DNA from: a virus
Taxonomy: Duplodnaviria; Caudoviricetes
Length of the DNA: 64,000 bases
IMG/VR virus record: IMGVR_UViG_3300020204_000066
Coordinates: 229-64,228 of that record
Reading direction: 5' to 3' (one strand)
Position numbers and translations under genes: made by a program. Positions 61,230 to 64,000 of the stretch are shown one piece after another. The notes under the pieces are model-generated. The model was not told the origin of the DNA, made no database searches, and saw only the letters and a program-made list of their open reading frames with translations. Every line of letters begins with the position of its first letter. Positions within the stretch are counted from its first letter, which is position 1.

Positions 61230-61239
61230 GGGTCTTTTT
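61220..61239 (+). terminator. Rho-independent terminator
   Basis: GACCCT-TTG-AGGGTC stem followed by TTTTT. Confidence 0.75.
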
Positions 61240-61364
61240 CTGGCGAAAAATTTTTTTATTTGAAGTGTTATCGCACTCGCGTTTTCAAAGTTTTGTAGGT
61301 TAATAGTATCTATCAATTTTCCTTTCGCTCGGCCGCCCCCGTCGCACGGCGGTCGCATCGTTGG

Positions 61365-61396
61365 ACTGCCCCCCGAGGGCTACTGCCCCCGAGGGT
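61365..61396. repeat. short direct repeat ACTGCCCCC(C)GAGGG x2
   Basis: Two adjacent copies at the boundary of the GC-rich region. Confidence 0.7.
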
Positions 61397-61412
61397 GTGC
61401 TAGGATGGGGGG

Positions 61413-61607
61413 TCAGTCCCCCAGAACCCAGGTCGCCAGTTCGCCTGCGTCGAGGCGCTCATTCATCAGTGCCCACCACGGGGAGTCGATGAAGGCGTCG
61501 AGCAAACCCTGGTGGTGGATGAAGCGGAGACCCTCCAACCAGGAGACGGTGCCATCCCACTCAGCAGAGGCGAGGAAGTCATCCCACAGGGTCACGTCGT
61601 TGGTCAT
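61413..61607 (-). CDS. putative early hypothetical protein
   Basis: 64 aa, downstream of promoter cassette 1. Confidence 0.75.
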   Translation of the reverse strand: MTNDVTLWDDFLASAEWDGTVSWLEGLRFIHHQGLLDAFIDSPWWALMNERLDAGELATWVLGD

Positions 61608-61633
61608 CGGTCGGTGTCGGTTGAACTGTGGTT

Positions 61634-61692
61634 AGTCTAGAGGCGATCCGCCTCAGTGGCGGTCGCTGATGTGCCAGTTGGTGATGGGGGCA
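61634..61692 (-). promoter_or_regulatory. early promoter cassette 1
   Basis: TGCCCCC-N8-CTGGCAC, 31 bp, TAGACT. Confidence 0.75.
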
Positions 61693-61817
61693 GGCACAGG
61701 GCGGATGCCTTGGCGGATCTCCTGGCGGATCTGCTCCTCGCGGATCACCTTGGCGGTGTAGTCTGCCATCACGGTGGCGAGCAGTTGTTCGTGGGTCATC
61801 TTGGTTTGGTTGTTCAT
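61653..61817 (-). CDS. putative early hypothetical protein (54 aa)
   Basis: Not in the ORF track: MNNQTKMTHEQLLATVMADYTAKVIREEQIRQEIRQGIRPVPAPITNWHISDRH. Confidence 0.75.
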   Translation of the reverse strand: MNNQTKMTHEQLLATVMADYTAKVIREEQIRQEIRQGIRPVPAPITNWHISDRH

Positions 61818-61823
61818 GCTGTC

Positions 61824-61881
61824 AGTCTACAGGGTCAGGGCATCTCGCAGGCGCCAGGGAGGACACTGTTGTAGGTGGCAC
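61824..61881 (-). promoter_or_regulatory. early promoter cassette 2
   Basis: GTGCCAC-N8-GTGTCCT, 30 bp, TAGACT. Confidence 0.8.
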
Positions 61882-62011
61882 AGCGGCGCTCGGTGGCGGC
61901 GTTCACGCTCTGCACGGTGTCAGCGGCGAAGGTCACAGCGGCGCTGCCTGCTGCCATGATCGGACCGTAGAAGGCGGCACCGAGGACGAGGAGGGCGATG
62001 GTCTTGAACAT
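61835..62011 (-). CDS. putative early membrane/exported protein (58 aa)
   Basis: Not in the ORF track: MFKTIALLVLGAAFYGPIMAAGSAAVTFAADTVQSVNAATERRCATYNSVLPGACEMP. Confidence 0.75.
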   Translation of the reverse strand: MFKTIALLVLGAAFYGPIMAAGSAAVTFAADTVQSVNAATERRCATYNSVLPGACEMP

Positions 62012-62038
62012 TGGTCGGGTCGTTTGGTTGATGTGGTT

Positions 62039-62097
62039 AGTCTACAGGGTCGATCGGTCGATCTGGGGTCAGAGGGGGACAGTTCCCCAGGTGTCCC
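62039..62097 (-). promoter_or_regulatory. early promoter cassette 3
   Basis: GGGACAC-N8-CTGTCCC, 31 bp, TAGACT. Confidence 0.8.
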
Positions 62098-62661
62098 TCA
62101 CAGTCCTTTCTCTTCAAGAATAGGGGCGACAACCTCACGAAGGAAGGTAAAGTATTCGTCAGATGTGAAGGGGGTCTCGATGATAGTGAGCAGGTCATTC
62201 ACGCCCCACACGTTCATGCCTTTGTTGGCGTACTTTGTCTGTTCTTTGTTGCTTACTGTAGCGACGACAGGCACAAAGTAGGCGGCGGTGATGTTGCCTC
62301 CGATAGTCTCAGCGATGGCGTTGATCTTATCATTACTGGCACGGATCTTCTCGCTGTCGAAGTTCAGATTGCACTTGCTCTCCAGGTAATAGTTCTGGGC
62401 GTTAATCTCAAACAAGTGATCGATTTGGCGCTGACGATCGTTAACGTCGAGCATGTTGGATTCTTCGATCAGGTTGGTGGCGTTGCTGTCGCTGATCACT
62501 TGATTCCAGAACCGCTCGATACGCTCACCGAAGGCAATGAGAATAGATTGAGGCGAGACACGATCAGCAAGACCGAGCGCCTCTAGGATGTGAGATTCAG
62601 TCTGCTTCGGTTCGATCGAGAGGATCAGGGGCAGCAGGTTGGTTTCCAGGTAAGCAGTCAT
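62098..62661 (-). CDS. putative PD-(D/E)XK restriction-endonuclease-fold protein
   Basis: FGERIE...QIDHLF...YYLESKCN gives an E...D...ExK arrangement. Confidence 0.55.
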   Translation of the reverse strand: MTAYLETNLLPLILSIEPKQTESHILEALGLADRVSPQSILIAFGERIERFWNQVISDSNATNLIEESNMLDVNDRQRQIDHLFEINAQNYYLESKCNLNFDSEKIRASNDKINAIAETIGGNITAAYFVPVVATVSNKEQTKYANKGMNVWGVNDLLTIIETPFTSDEYFTFLREVVAPILEEKGL

Positions 62662-62683
62662 TGGGTTGTTTGTTGATGTGGTT

Positions 62684-62742
62684 AGTCTACAGGGTCAGCG
62701 AGGCAGAAGCGGGCGATCAGGGGACACTTGCTTAGGTGTCAC
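62684..62742 (-). promoter_or_regulatory. early promoter cassette 4
   Basis: GTGACAC-N8-GTGTCCC, 31 bp, TAGACT. Confidence 0.8.
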
Positions 62743-62928
62743 ATCCTGCACCCGAACCTGCTCTACGAAATGGTAGGACGGTTGGCGGCGTCGTCTTGCC
62801 ATCTTGGCGATAGTACGGACAGCGCGAACGGTGCCGATCGGATTTGATGCCAGGGCACCTGCTGCCGACATGGCAGCGGTCATGGTGCCACAGACGGCGA
62901 TGATGACCAGCGAACCTAGAATGACCAT
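62695..62928 (-). CDS. putative early membrane-anchored protein
   Basis: Hydrophobic N-terminus followed by a basic tail; TGATG overlap with the upstream gene. Confidence 0.7.
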   Translation of the reverse strand: MVILGSLVIIAVCGTMTAAMSAAGALASNPIGTVRAVRTIAKMARRRRQPSYHFVEQVRVQDVTPKQVSPDRPLLPR

Positions 62929-63086
62929 CAGGCGAACTGGGCGAGGGAGGAGGGGGCGATGTGAGCGGGCGATCCACAGGAGCGGTAGAAGTCCACCATC
63001 CGCTCTGCCTCAGCGAGCGTGGGGAACCACTGCGAGCGCCACTCCTGGTGGTTGTAGGGGGTCTGGTAACGGACTTCGATTCGCAT
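62928..63086 (-). CDS. putative early hypothetical protein (52 aa)
   Basis: Not in the ORF track: MRIEVRYQTPYNHQEWRSQWFPTLAEAERMVDFYRSCGSPAHIAPSSLAQFA. Confidence 0.8.
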   Translation of the reverse strand: MRIEVRYQTPYNHQEWRSQWFPTLAEAERMVDFYRSCGSPAHIAPSSLAQFA

Positions 63087-63108
63087 CGGGTTGTTTGCTG
63101 ATGTGGTT

Positions 63109-63167
63109 AGTCTAGAGGGTCTGGGGGGGCAACGCTGCCCCCGCTGTGCCAGTTCAGAAATCGGTCA
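63109..63167 (-). promoter_or_regulatory. early promoter cassette 5
   Basis: TGACCGA-N8-CTGGCAC, 31 bp containing a GC hairpin, TAGACT. Confidence 0.8.
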
Positions 63168-63375
63168 GCATGTCATCCAGTTCGTCGGTGTCGATCTTAG
63201 CGTCCATCCAACGGGCGCCGTCTGGGGTCATCTGCCCCCACAGCATCTCCAGGTGGGGAATCAGTGCGTTGTAGCGGTTGAACCGCTGAGCGAGGTTGTA
63301 GGTCGTCTCGTCATTCTGAATCCAGAGGGCGACGTTCCAGGTCTCCCAGTTTGCCCATCCGTTGAAGGTGGTCAT
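63154..63375 (-). CDS. putative early hypothetical protein (NGWxNWETWNVALW motif)
   Basis: Start moved to the ATG at 63375, downstream of cassette 6. Confidence 0.8.
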   Translation of the reverse strand: MTTFNGWANWETWNVALWIQNDETTYNLAQRFNRYNALIPHLEMLWGQMTPDGARWMDAKIDTDELDDMLTDF

Positions 63376-63402
63376 GGTTCGGTTCGTTTGGTTGATGGGT
63401 TT

Positions 63403-63460
63403 AGTATGGCACCCCTTGGCGGGGTTTGGGGCAGTTGGTGGACAGTGCCTCAACTGTCAC
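63403..63460 (-). promoter_or_regulatory. early promoter cassette 6
   Basis: GTGACAG-N8-CTGTCCA, 30 bp, CATACT. Confidence 0.75.
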
Positions 63461-63633
63461 AGGATCTGCAGGTCGTCCAGGATCTTGCCATCGCGGCGGA
63501 TCTGAGCGTAGACGAACTCGTCTGCCTTGATGGCGAGCAGGCGCTGCGCCTCTGCCCAGGTATCAGCAGACATGGACTCCCAGGGGTCAGAGGGGACGAA
63601 GACGGTGAAGCGGCGTTGGTTGAGGTTGTTCAT
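63457..63633 (-). CDS. putative early hypothetical protein (58 aa)
   Basis: Not in the ORF track: MNNLNQRRFTVFVPSDPWESMSADTWAEAQRLLAIKADEFVYAQIRRDGKILDDLQIL. Confidence 0.7.
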   Translation of the reverse strand: MNNLNQRRFTVFVPSDPWESMSADTWAEAQRLLAIKADEFVYAQIRRDGKILDDLQIL

Positions 63634-63639
63634 GCTGTA

Positions 63640-63698
63640 ATTCTACAGGGTCAGGATGGGGTCTGTGTGACCCCTTGTGCCAGTGCCTCAGGTGGTCT
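63640..63698 (-). promoter_or_regulatory. early promoter cassette 7
   Basis: AGACCAC-N8-CTGGCAC, 31 bp, TAGAAT. Confidence 0.8.
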
Positions 63699-63849
63699 CG
63701 TGGTAGGCGTCGCTGACTTTTTCCTGTACACTGTCGAAGACCTTTTGATCCATCCAATCGGGGCAGTCCTCATGGAAGCAGACCAGATCATAGAGAACTG
63801 CCATCTCGTCAGTGGTAAAGGCGGTCAGCATGTCGTAGCGGTTGAGCAT
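63688..63849 (-). CDS. putative early hypothetical protein (53 aa, acidic)
   Basis: Not in the ORF track: MLNRYDMLTAFTTDEMAVLYDLVCFHEDCPDWMDQKVFDSVQEKVSDAYHETT. Confidence 0.75.
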   Translation of the reverse strand: MLNRYDMLTAFTTDEMAVLYDLVCFHEDCPDWMDQKVFDSVQEKVSDAYHETT

Positions 63850-63873
63850 TGTGCGTTTGTGGTTGATGCCGTC

Positions 63874-63931
63874 AGTCTACAGGGTCACGGTCTGGTGGCG
63901 CTGCAGGAGTGTGCGGTTCACCCACTGTCCC
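63874..63931 (-). promoter_or_regulatory. early promoter cassette 8
   Basis: GGGACAG-N8-CCGCACA, 30 bp, TAGACT. Confidence 0.75.
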
Positions 63932-63999
63932 AGCGAAGCGCCAGGGTTGACCATCAGGCGTAGCATGTCACGACGGCGGCAGTCATGGGCGGTCACGCT
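63877..63999 (-). CDS. putative early hypothetical protein (3' part only)
   Basis: ...SVTAHDCRRRDMLRLMVNPGASLGQWVNRTLLQRHQTVTL; its TAG stop is the first half of the cassette 8 -10 box. Confidence 0.6.
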   Translation of the reverse strand, partial: SVTAHDCRRRDMLRLMVNPGASLGQWVNRTLLQRHQTVTL

Positions 64000-64000
64000 G

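Noticed and set aside
61398-61406. Plus-strand extended -10-like TGcTAGGAT
   Set aside because: It has no -35 or palindrome at the expected spacing, which is too weak to call.
61620-63931. Repeated motif as a CRISPR array or integron attC sites
   Set aside because: The repeats are degenerate, spaced about 190-650 bp apart and separated by ORFs. They contain -10 boxes, and no cas or integrase gene is in the window.
61671-63931. Palindrome as an NtcA (GTA-N8-TAC) or CRP (TGTGA-N6-TCACA) site
   Set aside because: Half-site sequence and spacing match neither consensus.
63091-63963. 290-aa plus-strand ORF, and other plus-strand ORFs from 61405 to 63115
   Set aside because: They are antisense to the promoter-linked micro-genes, and long open frames arise easily in GC-rich DNA.
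1-64000. tRNA genes and auxiliary metabolic genes such as psbA, hli or petE
   Set aside because: None was recognised. Intergenic gaps are short, and no cloverleaf was seen by eye.

Overview
This 64 kb window comes from a T4-like cyanophage (cyanomyovirus) and is almost entirely on the minus strand. From left to right it holds a partial CobT-like HExxH peptidase gene, g46/g47/g55, uvsW/uvsY, the head and tail block (g3, g23, g22, g21, g20, g19, g18, g17, g16, g15, g14, g13), several giant virion/fibre genes, the baseplate genes (g8, g7, g6, g25) and a few small late genes. At about 61,320 the composition switches abruptly from AT-rich to GC-rich. There begins an array of tiny minus-strand genes, most of them absent from the supplied ORF track. 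Eight promoter cassettes drive this array, each a 22-bp imperfect palindrome, a 30-31 bp spacer and a TAGACT-type -10 box, and several are written into the 3' end of the previous gene. Other notable signals are a perfect orphan TTGACA-17-TATAAT promoter firing antisense into AT-rich DNA beside uvsW (candidate R-loop origin or antisense RNA), a phycobiliprotein-like KCxRD motif inside baseplate gp7, an apparent microhomology deletion scar between g16 and g17, and a hairpin masking a ribosome-binding site. All product calls come from motif recognition and gene order; no database searches were run.
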